64,000 bases of DNA, taken from positions 130,412 through 194,411 of the forward strand of contig JAKFBU010000001.1 of NCBI GenBank assembly GCA_036676985.1, read 5' to 3'. This stretch comes from Candidatus Sericytochromatia bacterium. GTDB lineage: Bacteria; Cyanobacteriota; Sericytochromatia; S15B-MN24; UBA4093. Shown one piece after another: positions 8,726 through 18,152 of this stretch. Numbering within the stretch: position 1 is the stretch's first letter; every line of letters begins with the position of its first letter. A program made the position numbers and the translations under genes. Under the pieces are notes generated by a model. The model did not search any database. It saw nothing but the letters and a program-made list of their open reading frames with translations, and was not told where the DNA came from.

Positions 8726-10282
8726 TCACAGAGGAGAGAGGACGTTCGCCGCGGTCGACGGCGGCGGCAACGGTGCCTCGGTCCGGCCCACGACCTCGTA
8801 GGTGTCCTGCCCGTAGTTGTTGAGGGGCGGTAGACGCTCCAGCTGGTAGTAGGGACGCACCGCCTCGATGGTGTGCGCGAAGTGGATGAGGTAGACCGGG
8901 CGCTCGGGATAGCGCGCCTCGATGGCCCCCATCACGTCCCCCAGGCACTGGCTCACGATGTCGCTGTCGTCGAGGATCTCGACGTCCGGCCGCCGGCCTT
9001 CCACGTAACGTCCGTACCACAGGGGCGTGCTGAAGCTCCACCAGGAGATGACGACCGCCCGCGGCTTGACCGTTTCGAGCACCGCCTGCTGGTACCGGTC
9101 CGCGTCACGGTTCTGGCTCTGGTCCATCCGCTTCCAGTGCATGTCGATGAGCAGGTAGGGCAGGACGAGAGTCAGGGCCGCGAGGATCCAGGCCGTGCGC
9201 CGATGGGCCCTGGCCCCGCGCCATTCCTGCCACAGGCTCAGGATCTCCTGGGCGCCCACGGCCGCGAAGAGGAACAGGATCCAGTTGGGGACGATGTAGT
9301 AGCGCGAGAGGTCGGCGTTGACGTAGGTCGAGGCGGCGTAGAAGGGCACGAGCGCCCCGAGGAAGAGCCCGAGCGTCAGGCGCCAGTTTCGAATGGCGAG
9401 CGCGCCCATGCCGCCGAAGGCCAGGCCGAAGAGGATGCTGCGGCCCGGCACCGAGAGCCACTCGGCATACCAGCCCATCACCTCGGGCAGCTTGCCGATG
9501 AAGGACCGGATCCCCGCGAGAGAGAGGAAGCCCATGCCGCCCTGGAACTGCTCGGCGAGGACCACGTAGCGGAAGCGCTCCCAGGTGGTCGGGTGCGCGT
9601 AGCTGAGGGGCGGCTCCATCATGGCGCGCAGGGGGATGTAGGCGTACACGAGGAGACCCAGGGTGCCCATCAGGAGGCCGAGGCCCACCGCCCCCGGACG
9701 CAGGAAGTCGCGCGGACGGGCGAGCCAGGCGTAGAGGCCGAGTGCCGGCAGCTCCATGACCATGAGCATGTGGTTGCCGAGCCCGAGGCCGGCGCCGAGG
9801 GCGAGCCCCCAGAGGTAGCGACGATCGCCCGACTCGGCCCAGCGCCAGACCAGGAGCCACAGCACCGCGACGATGGCCGCGTGCAGGGTGTGGGGGTCGG
9901 CCCGGTTGGCCGTGCTCCAGACGTTCGAGGAGAAGGCGAAGCCCAGGGCCGCCGAGAGGGCGAGTACGAGGTTGACCTTCAGACGTCCGGCCATGAGGAC
10001 GAGGACACCTGCGGCGACGGCCGCAGAGACCCCGGACATGAGGCTCACGCGCCAGGCGATGGAGCCAAACGGCCACCACGTAAAGGCCTTGCCGACGAGC
10101 GTGTATAATGGATAGCCCGTCGGATGGGCGATGCCGAGCACCGCGGCGACCGTCTGGAACTCGCCGGTGTCCCAGAACCCGACGCCGGGCAGCATGGTCC
10201 GGGTGTAGACGACGAGCGCGAGCGCCGCGGCCGCCAGCGCGACCAGCCAGGTGCTCCGTTTCGACCAGGGAGAGTCCATCAT
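8726..10282 (-). CDS. DUF2723 / TMEM260-family protein O-mannosyltransferase-like membrane protein
   Basis: Signature PGVGFWDTGEFQTVAAVLGIAHPTGYPLYT, GLGLGNH, YAYIPLRA. C-terminal soluble domain (TPLWY..VEGRRPDV). Confidence 0.85.
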   Translation of the reverse strand: MMDSPWSKRSTWLVALAAAALALVVYTRTMLPGVGFWDTGEFQTVAAVLGIAHPTGYPLYTLVGKAFTWWPFGSIAWRVSLMSGVSAAVAAGVLVLMAGRLKVNLVLALSAALGFAFSSNVWSTANRADPHTLHAAIVAVLWLLVWRWAESGDRRYLWGLALGAGLGLGNHMLMVMELPALGLYAWLARPRDFLRPGAVGLGLLMGTLGLLVYAYIPLRAMMEPPLSYAHPTTWERFRYVVLAEQFQGGMGFLSLAGIRSFIGKLPEVMGWYAEWLSVPGRSILFGLAFGGMGALAIRNWRLTLGLFLGALVPFYAASTYVNADLSRYYIVPNWILFLFAAVGAQEILSLWQEWRGARAHRRTAWILAALTLVLPYLLIDMHWKRMDQSQNRDADRYQQAVLETVKPRAVVISWWSFSTPLWYGRYVEGRRPDVEILDDSDIVSQCLGDVMGAIEARYPERPVYLIHFAHTIEAVRPYYQLERLPPLNNYGQDTYEVVGRTEAPLPPPSTAANVLSPL

Positions 10283-11105
10283 TCACCAGCCACGTGGCAG
10301 CGAGGGAAGCGCGCCCGTTCAGGGCGAAGCGAGCTTATCACACCCCTCGGATGCCTGTCCAACCGAGGGCGGGCCCGCGCTCAGCATCGTCATTCCGGCC
10401 TACAACGAGGCCCTGCGGCTAGGTCCGACCCTCGAGGCGATCGGCCGCCACATGACGGGGCGCTCCTACGAGATCCTGGTCGTCGACGACGGCAGCACGG
10501 ACGACACGGAAGCCGTCGCCCGGCGCTACCCGGAGGTCCGGGTCCTGCGCCAGATCCCCAACCAGGGCAAGGGCGCCGCCGTGCGGCGCGGCATGCTCGA
10601 GGCCCGGGGCCAGTGGGTGCTCTTCTCGGACGCGGACCTCTCGACCCCCATCGACGAGCTCGACAAGCTGCTCGCGGCCGCCCGGGAGAAGCGGGCGGCG
10701 ATCGCCATCGCCTCGCGCGGCCTGTGGCAGGCCAAGATCGAGGTCTCCCAGCCCCTTTACCGCGTCCTCATGGGCAAGATCTACAACCTCATGCTCCAGG
10801 CCATCCTCCTGCCCGGCATCTGGGACAGCCAGTGCGGCTTCAAGCTCTTCGAGCGCTCGGCCGCGCGCGAGGTCTTCGGGCGCACCGAGCTGCCGGGCTT
10901 CGGCTTTGACGCCGAGTCCCTCTACATCGCCCGGCGGCTGGGCTATCGCCTCGTGGAGGTGCCGATCCGCTGGCGCAACGATCCCGATACCAAGGTCAGC
11001 GCCTGGCGGGACTCCCTGCGCATGTTCCTGGAACTGTGGCGCATTCGGCGTCTCCACCGCGCCCTGCGGCCCTTGGCCCCTTCCCCCCGCGATCTCCCGG
11101 ATTGA
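10251..11105 (+). CDS. GT2 polyprenol-phosphate glycosyltransferase (DPM1/Alg5-like); start codon uncertain
   Basis: LSIVIPAYNE, VVDDGSTD, NQGKGAAVRRG, FSDADLS, GIWDSQCGFKLF, GFGFDAE, EVPIRW. Confidence 0.92.
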   Translation: MLRFDQGESIIHQPRGSEGSAPVQGEASLSHPSDACPTEGGPALSIVIPAYNEALRLGPTLEAIGRHMTGRSYEILVVDDGSTDDTEAVARRYPEVRVLRQIPNQGKGAAVRRGMLEARGQWVLFSDADLSTPIDELDKLLAAAREKRAAIAIASRGLWQAKIEVSQPLYRVLMGKIYNLMLQAILLPGIWDSQCGFKLFERSAAREVFGRTELPGFGFDAESLYIARRLGYRLVEVPIRWRNDPDTKVSAWRDSLRMFLELWRIRRLHRALRPLAPSPRDLPD

Positions 11106-11125
11106 TGTTAAATTTAGCTTAACAT
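11105..11125. promoter_or_regulatory. Palindromic operator candidate next to an extended -10
   Basis: ATGTTAA-N7-TTAACAT followed by TGTGCTATCAT in an AT-rich intergenic patch. Confidence 0.4.
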
Positions 11126-11199
11126 TGTGCTATCATGTGCCTAACGGGTACCGATCGGGTACCCGGGGGAAGTTTGCATCACAGGGGGTAGACAACCGC

Positions 11200-11712
11200 A
11201 TGGCAGCACCTCGTTGGCTGGCACTCACGGCGCTCACCTTGGTCCTTTCCGCTCTGGTCGGCTGCGGCTCGACCGCTCCTTCTCTCAAGGCCACCCCGGC
11301 GACCGCGATCCAGGCGGCCGCCGCTCGTCCGAACCCGCCCCAGGTGGCGGCCTCGGCGCTCGATAACTACACCTCGTCCGAAGCCCGCCGGATCGCGGCG
11401 GACGCCCTCTACCGGTACGATCTCCTGCGCCGCGACTGGTTCAACGCCGCGAGCGACTGGGAGAAGGACCGGATCGAGCAGCAAATGGTCACAGCACTCA
11501 CCAACGGCCTGCAGGACGTGCGCCGCGCAACCTACAGCAGCTACGCCGGCGACGCCCGCCGGATCCACGGCATCGCGACCCGCGCCATCGAGCGCCAGGA
11601 GATCCTGCGCCGCGACTGGCAGTACGCCTACGGCGACCGGGAGCGGCGGCTTATCGTCAACGAGATGCTGACGGTGCTGACGGGCGCCCTCCTGGAGATT
11701 CGCGATCGCTGA
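11200..11712 (+). CDS. Hypothetical lipoprotein with an internal duplicated helical repeat
   Basis: Lipobox LVGC. Two ARRI..A..R...LRRDW......R..I...M...LT..L..IR units. Confidence 0.7.
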   Translation: MAAPRWLALTALTLVLSALVGCGSTAPSLKATPATAIQAAAARPNPPQVAASALDNYTSSEARRIAADALYRYDLLRRDWFNAASDWEKDRIEQQMVTALTNGLQDVRRATYSSYAGDARRIHGIATRAIERQEILRRDWQYAYGDRERRLIVNEMLTVLTGALLEIRDR

Positions 11713-11815
11713 TCCGGTGCGCTGAACCTTAACGTAAGCTTGCCGGTCTCTTTACCGGCTGGACGGCCATGGGCCCCGATAAGGAGGACAAGCAGTCTTC
11801 CCTAGGAGGTGTCGC

Positions 11816-12355
11816 ATGGCCGTCAATCTGAGCTCACCTGCCGTCGCCTATCCGCCGAACTCCCGTCCGCCGGCCCCCAAGCTGGGCATGGCCGCCGGCG
11901 CCCCGGCGATCGTGCGCGTCCCGCAGATGCGGTCGGCCGCAGCTCTCTCCAGCGCCAAGGCGGGTGGTCTCTACAAGCCTTCGCTCGGCGGCACCTTTCG
12001 CCAGCTCCTCTCGCCCTTCAGCTTCGTCAAGACGGCGGGCATCAGCGCGCTGATCTCGTTCCCGCTGGCCGCCCTCTCCAACTTCCTGGACCTCCAGCAG
12101 GGCAACCTCACCCAGAAGCAGTTCATGGTCAACACGGTCGCCGACGGCTTCGCCTACACGGCGACGGGTACCGCGGCCTCGATGGTCGGGGCATTGGTGG
12201 GCAGCCTGATCCCCATCCCCTTCCTCGGGACCATGCTCGGAATGCTCGGTGGTGTGGCCGTAGGCGCGCTCCTGGGCAAGCTCTACGACGATCAGATCAA
12301 GCCCCAGTTCCGGCAGACCGTCGAATCGAGCATGACGCAGTCGGGCATGCTCTAG
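11816..12355 (+). CDS. Hypothetical membrane protein with glycine zipper
   Basis: GGAGG RBS; hydrophobic GALVGSLIPIPFLGTMLGMLGGVAVGALLG. Confidence 0.7.
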   Translation: MAVNLSSPAVAYPPNSRPPAPKLGMAAGAPAIVRVPQMRSAAALSSAKAGGLYKPSLGGTFRQLLSPFSFVKTAGISALISFPLAALSNFLDLQQGNLTQKQFMVNTVADGFAYTATGTAASMVGALVGSLIPIPFLGTMLGMLGGVAVGALLGKLYDDQIKPQFRQTVESSMTQSGML

Positions 12356-12364
12356 GGACTTTCC

Positions 12365-13435
12365 GTGGCTTCCCCTCTCAAGCATTTTGCCGCCAGCCTC
12401 CTGAGCGCCCTTGTGGTCGCCGGGTGCGGCATCTACGAGCCGATCACTCCCGCCCAGCGAGCAGCCATCGACTACGCGCGCCAGAACAAGCTGGCAGACG
12501 AGTACGCCCGCACGCATCAGCGCGGCCTCGGAGCGAGCATCCAGGGTAGGCCCCAGCTCGCCCCGCAAACGGGACGCTCCACGCTCGCCGCCATGCCCGA
12601 GCGGGTCGACCTGCGCCCCCAGTGTCCTCCGATCTACAACCAGGGTCCCTTCCGGACGTGCACCGGCTTCTCGGTCGCCAAGGGCCTGGGAGAGTACCTG
12701 CTGATGCAACGCGGCGTCAAGACGCCGTTGTCGGCTAACCATCTTTATGTGGCCGCGAAGGACGCCGCCATGCATGCGGAGAAGCGCCAGGGTGGCGACG
12801 GGTTCGAGTTCGCGGAATGGTCGGACTTCAAGGACACCGGGACGTCCATCGCCTCGGCCTTGGCGGCCCTCGAGATGGGCGGCGCGGTGCCGGAGGCGGA
12901 GCGTCCGTACCCGCCCGAACGCCTCTGGGGGCAGTACTGGGACTCCAGCGTCTATCCGGGGCAGACGTTCAAGCCCAACGACCTGCTGGGTCCCTACTTC
13001 CTCTCCGAGGACGTCGATTACTCCTTGTCGCGCGTGACCTACCCGCTGGTGTCGACGGCGCTGCGCATCAAGCGAGCCAAGCCGGTGAACAGCCTCGCGG
13101 AGCTGCGGGCGTCGCTCGCCCAGGGCATGCCGGTGGTGTGCGGGCTGGTGGTCTACGAGAGCTTTTACTCGCAGCCCGTGCGTCAGACGGGTCGCGTCCC
13201 GCTACCTGCCCCGACCGAGCAGGTCCTGGACGGCCATGCCATGCTCTGCGTGGGGTACGACGAGGCCTCGGGCCTGCTGCTCTTCCGCAACTCGTGGGGG
13301 GTGGAGTGGGGCGATCGCGGCTACTGCTACGTCCCCTACGAGGCGGCGAGCCGCGGCATGCTCCGCGACTGCTGGACCGTCGAGGAGCTGGACGATGCGC
13401 CGGCGGGAAGCCTGTTCGACCGGATCACCCGCTAG
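12365..13435 (+). CDS. Papain-like C1A cysteine peptidase, lipoprotein
   Basis: VDLRP..P.YNQG...CTGF, GHAMLCVGYD, FRNSWGVEWGDRGY; lipobox VAGC. Confidence 0.9.
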   Translation: MASPLKHFAASLLSALVVAGCGIYEPITPAQRAAIDYARQNKLADEYARTHQRGLGASIQGRPQLAPQTGRSTLAAMPERVDLRPQCPPIYNQGPFRTCTGFSVAKGLGEYLLMQRGVKTPLSANHLYVAAKDAAMHAEKRQGGDGFEFAEWSDFKDTGTSIASALAALEMGGAVPEAERPYPPERLWGQYWDSSVYPGQTFKPNDLLGPYFLSEDVDYSLSRVTYPLVSTALRIKRAKPVNSLAELRASLAQGMPVVCGLVVYESFYSQPVRQTGRVPLPAPTEQVLDGHAMLCVGYDEASGLLLFRNSWGVEWGDRGYCYVPYEAASRGMLRDCWTVEELDDAPAGSLFDRITR

Positions 13436-13448
13436 GGGCGGATCCTCC

Positions 13449-14441
13449 TTATTTCGCGCTGAACGATCCCCCGATATCCGTCGACGTCGTGGCCGTCACC
13501 GTGAACGTCACCGGATCGGACGCCCCCGCCGGCGTCAGCACCAACACCGGCCCCGTGGTGGCCCCTGCGGGCACGCGCACCACCAGCTCGGTGGTCGTCG
13601 CGGACAGCACGGCGGCGCTCGTGCCGTTGAAGGTCACCGTGCTGCCTCCCGACGCGGGATCGAAGTCCGTGCCCACCAGGGTCACGGTCGTGCCGATCGA
13701 GCCCGAGGCCGGCATGATCGTGAGCACCTCCGGCGGGGTCCCCAGGGACAGCTCTTCCGCTAGATCGTAGTCGTCCGCAACCTTGACGACCCCGGCGACG
13801 GGATCGAAGTCGTTGGCCAGGAGCTGATCGACCAGCCCGTAGACCCGATGAAACTCCGCATTGGTGATCCCCGTTCCGGTCCACGCGAAGGTGTCCGGCG
13901 TGGACGGACTGATCGAGGAATCGACGCCTGACGTGAGGGTGCCGAGGAGACCGGCTGGCGAGACCGAGGCCGTCCCTTCGAGGCTCGCGAGCACCGACAG
14001 AGCGGTCGTCGACAGGTTCAAGCGGATGCCCACGTTCGGCATGCTGTTGGTGATGGTCACCCAGCCCGCGTCGTAGCGGGCGAGCGTCCGCAGCCGGGCG
14101 GCGTCATGGCCCGCCAGATTGTCCGAGAGCCCCTTGGAGGCCTCCAGGTAGTAGACGGCATTGCCGGGCTTGAACTTGCTGCCGAAGGCAAGGGCGAACT
14201 GCCCGGCCGCGTTGGTGACCGTGGTCGCGATGGTCGTGTTGCTGGCCGTGTCGATCAAGGAGACGGTGGCGGCCCGCGCGACGTCCGCCATGGATGCCTG
14301 CACCCTGCGGCCCCCGAAGTCGACCGTGCCCGTGAGGGGCGCGACCTCGGGCGGGGTCACGCCCGCCGCCGTGCAACCGGTGATGACGAGCGCCAGGGCG
14401 ATGACCGGCGTCGCCGGGCGCTTCAAGCGAACGGGGCTCAT
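13449..14441 (-). CDS. Lipoprotein with a conserved N-terminal domain and a C-terminal IPT/TIG domain
   Basis: Lipobox ITGC; PEVLTIMPASGSIGTTVTLVGTDF...VTFNG...TELVVRVPAGATTGPV. Confidence 0.8.
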   Translation of the reverse strand: MSPVRLKRPATPVIALALVITGCTAAGVTPPEVAPLTGTVDFGGRRVQASMADVARAATVSLIDTASNTTIATTVTNAAGQFALAFGSKFKPGNAVYYLEASKGLSDNLAGHDAARLRTLARYDAGWVTITNSMPNVGIRLNLSTTALSVLASLEGTASVSPAGLLGTLTSGVDSSISPSTPDTFAWTGTGITNAEFHRVYGLVDQLLANDFDPVAGVVKVADDYDLAEELSLGTPPEVLTIMPASGSIGTTVTLVGTDFDPASGGSTVTFNGTSAAVLSATTTELVVRVPAGATTGPVLVLTPAGASDPVTFTVTATTSTDIGGSFSAK

Positions 14442-15394
14442 GGCACGGTCACCGTTGCCGTCGCCTCGACGGTCCCCGAATAGGCGCGGACGATGAAGGT
14501 CCCGGTCTCATAGGGCGTGAAGGCGCCGTCGACCAGGGAGCTGTCGGACGCGGTCCGGTCGACCGACCACAGTAGAACGGGATTGGCGATGACCTGCCCG
14601 CCCGCATCACGTGCAACGGGCTGAAGGCTTACCGTCGAGCCCGAGGCCACCCCCGTGAGAGAAGGCAGGGTCAGCGAGCGGATGACCCGGAAGGACCGGG
14701 TCGCCTGCACGCCGTCCACGTCGACGGCCACCGTTCCGTCCTGGACATCCTCCGGTACCGCGAACTCCAGCAGGTCGCCGCGCAGGGTCACGAAGTCGTT
14801 GATCGCCTGCCCCGAGAGGCTCACGTTGAGGACCCCGACCTGGAAGTTGCCACCCACCACCCGGAGCACGCTGCCCGGGCCTCCGTTCGGGGACGACTCG
14901 TAGATCACCGGCCCGTAGGTCGGCGCCAGCGCCACGTGAACCGGGGTGGAGGTACTGGGCAAGACGGCGACCCCTGCGGCGCTGCCCTGGGCCACCGGCT
15001 CCATGCCAGGAGCCGGCACCTGGTCACGGAACGCCTGGACGAGGATGGTGCGCCCGGTCCCCGACGGCACGGAGAGGCTGGCCGTCGCAATCGTGCTCTC
15101 GTCCCCCGAGCGAAGGATTTCAGCAGAGGCCAGCAGGTCGCCCGCAGCATCCTGGACCCGGATGCGGAGCAGGTTCGCGCTGGTCGGGATGAGCTGGGCA
15201 CGGTAGGCCCCTCGTGCCGGCCAGCGCACGGCGATGTTGAGCCTTCCCAAAGAGGGCACCTCGAGCTCGCCCTGCGGCGAGTCGATGGCACTCACGTCCA
15301 TGCCAACCTCGGGCGCCCCGCGCAGGGCGGGGACGGGGGTGCAAGCCACGGCGCAGGTGGCCGAGAGCATCAAGGCGAGGGTGATTCGTCTCAT
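14438..15394 (-). CDS. Lipoprotein with IPT/TIG and Ig-like domains
   Basis: Lipobox AVAC; PVIYESSPNGGPGSVLRVVGGNF; C-terminal ARDAGGQVI..PVLLWS..ATATVTVP. Confidence 0.7.
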   Translation of the reverse strand: MRRITLALMLSATCAVACTPVPALRGAPEVGMDVSAIDSPQGELEVPSLGRLNIAVRWPARGAYRAQLIPTSANLLRIRVQDAAGDLLASAEILRSGDESTIATASLSVPSGTGRTILVQAFRDQVPAPGMEPVAQGSAAGVAVLPSTSTPVHVALAPTYGPVIYESSPNGGPGSVLRVVGGNFQVGVLNVSLSGQAINDFVTLRGDLLEFAVPEDVQDGTVAVDVDGVQATRSFRVIRSLTLPSLTGVASGSTVSLQPVARDAGGQVIANPVLLWSVDRTASDSSLVDGAFTPYETGTFIVRAYSGTVEATATVTVP

Positions 15395-15398
15395 GGGC

Positions 15399-18149
15399 TC
15401 AGTAGTTGTAGATGAGTGACAGGTCGTTCAGAACGGCGTTGCCGTTGACCGTCGCCTTCCATCGAACGTATCGCCTCGACGGCAAACTCGCGAAGGTATT
15501 GATCCATGGGCTCCAGGACACGCCGTCCGTGCTGCTCGAGTACTGGAAGATCAAAGAACCGCCGTTGAGGGTCTGATTGGCGACAGTCGTCACGTAGGTG
15601 GGATTCTGGGTGCCGGTATCGTATGTGAGGGACTGGACGTTGCCCGAGGCGATTCGATAGAGGGAAAGCGCCGTCGAGCTGTACTTCGGAGTGCTGGCGC
15701 CTGTCGCCGAGGTCTCGCCCGCCGAGTTCGGATAGTTTACGCCGCCCAGCTTGTCATAGGAAAGCCGGACTCGACCATAACCGCCGCCCGAATAGGTGTT
15801 ATTCGCCCCCCAGTTGGAGCTATTCCCGTTCCCCCCCGTTACGGTCACGGAGCTGGCCGCCAGCGACATGGTCGAGGCGTTGAGGAAAATAGATCCGCCG
15901 CTGCCACCACCGCCATAGGTGGTGAAATTTCCGCCGTTGGAGGAGATGAGACCGTTGTTGGTCAGGGTCGAGGCGTTGATGAAGATGACGCCACCTCCGT
16001 CACCGCCCTTTCCGCTTGAGCCATTGTACTCGGTACCGCCACCGGCGCCCGGAAAGATGCGGCTGAGATCGGCCGTGCCACCGGCAGAACCGCCCAGCGC
16101 GTAGTTGGTGTTGCCACCATTGTAACCGCCGCCGGCGGTACCATAACCACCGCCACCGGAATTGTAATAGGCTCCCCCGCCGCCGTTGCTGCCGATACCC
16201 GCACCGCCCAGGACGGTCCCGGTCGTCGTGACCGTCCCGCCTTCGGCGTAGCCTCCACCTCCTCGGGCGGTACTCACGGCCGTACCACCTCCGTTGGTGG
16301 CCGTTGTACTGGCACCACCATTCGGAACACCGGCCGTCGAATTGTAGGTGCCGCCCGTCGCGCCGAGCGCGTTGGCCGAGATGACGCCACCCGCGTTGAT
16401 CGTCAGGTTATCCGCGCGGAAGACGATGAAGCCGCCGCTCAGGCCCAGCGTGGCAACGCTCTGCGTCGTAAGGGTGCCCGACACCGTGACATTGCCGTAG
16501 TGGGGAACCTTCTGACAGAGTGCCTGACCTTGGTTGTAGGTATGGGCCAGGGCTTGCGTCAACGTCAGCACGCTGCCGTTGACCGATTTGATGGTGTTGT
16601 ATTCCCAGTAGCCGGCCCCGGTGCCGTACAGTTGGATGATGAACACCTCCTGGCCCGGCTGGAAGCCCAGCGCATTGCCCACGATGACGTTCTGGGCCCC
16701 GACGTTGCCGTCGGAGGCGAGGATACTGCGCGGCGGAGCGAAGGTCGTGGTGCCCGCCGCGACGTTGAGGTCGCCGTCGTAGAGGATACGCGGCCCGCCA
16801 GACCAGACGACATTCAGGCTGTTGCCCGAGTCCCACAGGTTGTTATCCAGGAAGTTCTCCGTCACGCTCATCGAGGCCGTGAACGATCCGAAGGGCTGGC
16901 TCAAGAGTCCCTGCCGGGAGCCCAGGAGCACCGGTCCCGAGACGCGACCGGTGAGCGAGGGGCCAGGCACCTTCGCCACGGCCTGGGTGTTGGTCCAGGA
17001 CGAGATAAACGGAGCGTTGATCTGGTTGAACCGGACCAGGCTCTCGGTGCCGAAGGCGTCGAAGTCCGTCCCCGTAACCGTGACCCCCGTGCTGGTGTCC
17101 CCCGAGGTGGGCGAGATGCCAGTGATAACCGGGGGCGTCCCGCTGCCCCCGCCGCCCGATCCGCCGGAGCCACCGCCGCCCGACGCCGCGACCGCAAAGG
17201 CCGGATTCTCGGGGCTCGTGCCCAGGGATGTCGTCACCTTGACCACGCCGCTGCTGGGCGCGCCCGCGGGCACGAAGACCCCGAGCGAGGTTGGCGTGGC
17301 GAAGAAGATGGAGGCCGTGGCCGTGCCGAAGAGGACGGTGTTGGCGCTCGCGATGGGCGAGAAGCCGCGCCCCTGCAGGAGCAAGGCCCCGTTGGCCGCG
17401 ACCGTCGCGGGCTGGAGGGCCGTCACGCTCGGCTTGACGGCAGGCACGCTGCCCACCGGGTCGAAGTCGTTGGTCAGGCACGCGGCGATCGAGGCCGCGA
17501 GCGCCGTAATCTCGCTATCCGGGTGCCCGGTCAGCGCGGGGCTGGCGTTGAGCGACGAGCCCGTCACCTTGCCCATGGTGGCGCTGGGGGGCACGTTCAC
17601 CGGATCGAGGCTGCTCTCGATGGCCACGGCGGTGGTCAGCGAGTTGATGGCGATGGTAGCGCCCGAGATGCTCGTCCAGGCGCTGCCCGTCCACTTGAGG
17701 ATCGAACGGAAGCGGGCCACGGAGTTGCCCGCCGCGTGGTTGTTGAGCCCGCGGCTCGCCTCGAGCAGGAAGTAGCTGTTGGCGGCCGGGGTGAAGCCGC
17801 TCAACGGCAGCACGAACGAGCCGTCCGTGTTGGTCTTGCCCGTGACGATCGTCAGGTTGTCCGCGAGCCCGATGAGGGTCAGGGTGGCGTTGCTCGACGC
17901 GTAGTCGGGAGCCGCCTGCACGTTCAGGTCGGGGAAGGTGACGGTCCCCTGGATGGTGTGGGGCGAGCTCTCGCTCACCGCCGTGACGGCATCCGAGCCG
18001 GCGCCCGCGGGCCCGGCCAGGGGAGTGGGCACCAACTGACACGCCGTCAGCGCCATGGCCAGCAAGGCCACCGTCCAGCGCCAGACTCCCCCACGGGAAG
18101 TCGAGCGCCGAGCCATCAGGGATCCGGGGGGCGCGAAACGTGTACGCAT
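15399..18149 (-). CDS. Large surface lipoprotein: shared N-domain, 2 IPT/TIG domains, Gly-rich adhesin-like C-terminus
   Basis: Lipobox LTAC; PSVTALQP..GRGFS..NTVLFG and PVITGISPTSG..VTVTGTDF; many GGGG tracts (GGGGSGGSIFL, GGGYGRVRL). Confidence 0.8.
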   Translation of the reverse strand: MRTRFAPPGSLMARRSTSRGGVWRWTVALLAMALTACQLVPTPLAGPAGAGSDAVTAVSESSPHTIQGTVTFPDLNVQAAPDYASSNATLTLIGLADNLTIVTGKTNTDGSFVLPLSGFTPAANSYFLLEASRGLNNHAAGNSVARFRSILKWTGSAWTSISGATIAINSLTTAVAIESSLDPVNVPPSATMGKVTGSSLNASPALTGHPDSEITALAASIAACLTNDFDPVGSVPAVKPSVTALQPATVAANGALLLQGRGFSPIASANTVLFGTATASIFFATPTSLGVFVPAGAPSSGVVKVTTSLGTSPENPAFAVAASGGGGSGGSGGGGSGTPPVITGISPTSGDTSTGVTVTGTDFDAFGTESLVRFNQINAPFISSWTNTQAVAKVPGPSLTGRVSGPVLLGSRQGLLSQPFGSFTASMSVTENFLDNNLWDSGNSLNVVWSGGPRILYDGDLNVAAGTTTFAPPRSILASDGNVGAQNVIVGNALGFQPGQEVFIIQLYGTGAGYWEYNTIKSVNGSVLTLTQALAHTYNQGQALCQKVPHYGNVTVSGTLTTQSVATLGLSGGFIVFRADNLTINAGGVISANALGATGGTYNSTAGVPNGGASTTATNGGGTAVSTARGGGGYAEGGTVTTTGTVLGGAGIGSNGGGGAYYNSGGGGYGTAGGGYNGGNTNYALGGSAGGTADLSRIFPGAGGGTEYNGSSGKGGDGGGVIFINASTLTNNGLISSNGGNFTTYGGGGSGGSIFLNASTMSLAASSVTVTGGNGNSSNWGANNTYSGGGYGRVRLSYDKLGGVNYPNSAGETSATGASTPKYSSTALSLYRIASGNVQSLTYDTGTQNPTYVTTVANQTLNGGSLIFQYSSSTDGVSWSPWINTFASLPSRRYVRWKATVNGNAVLNDLSLIYNY

Positions 18150-18152
18150 GCG

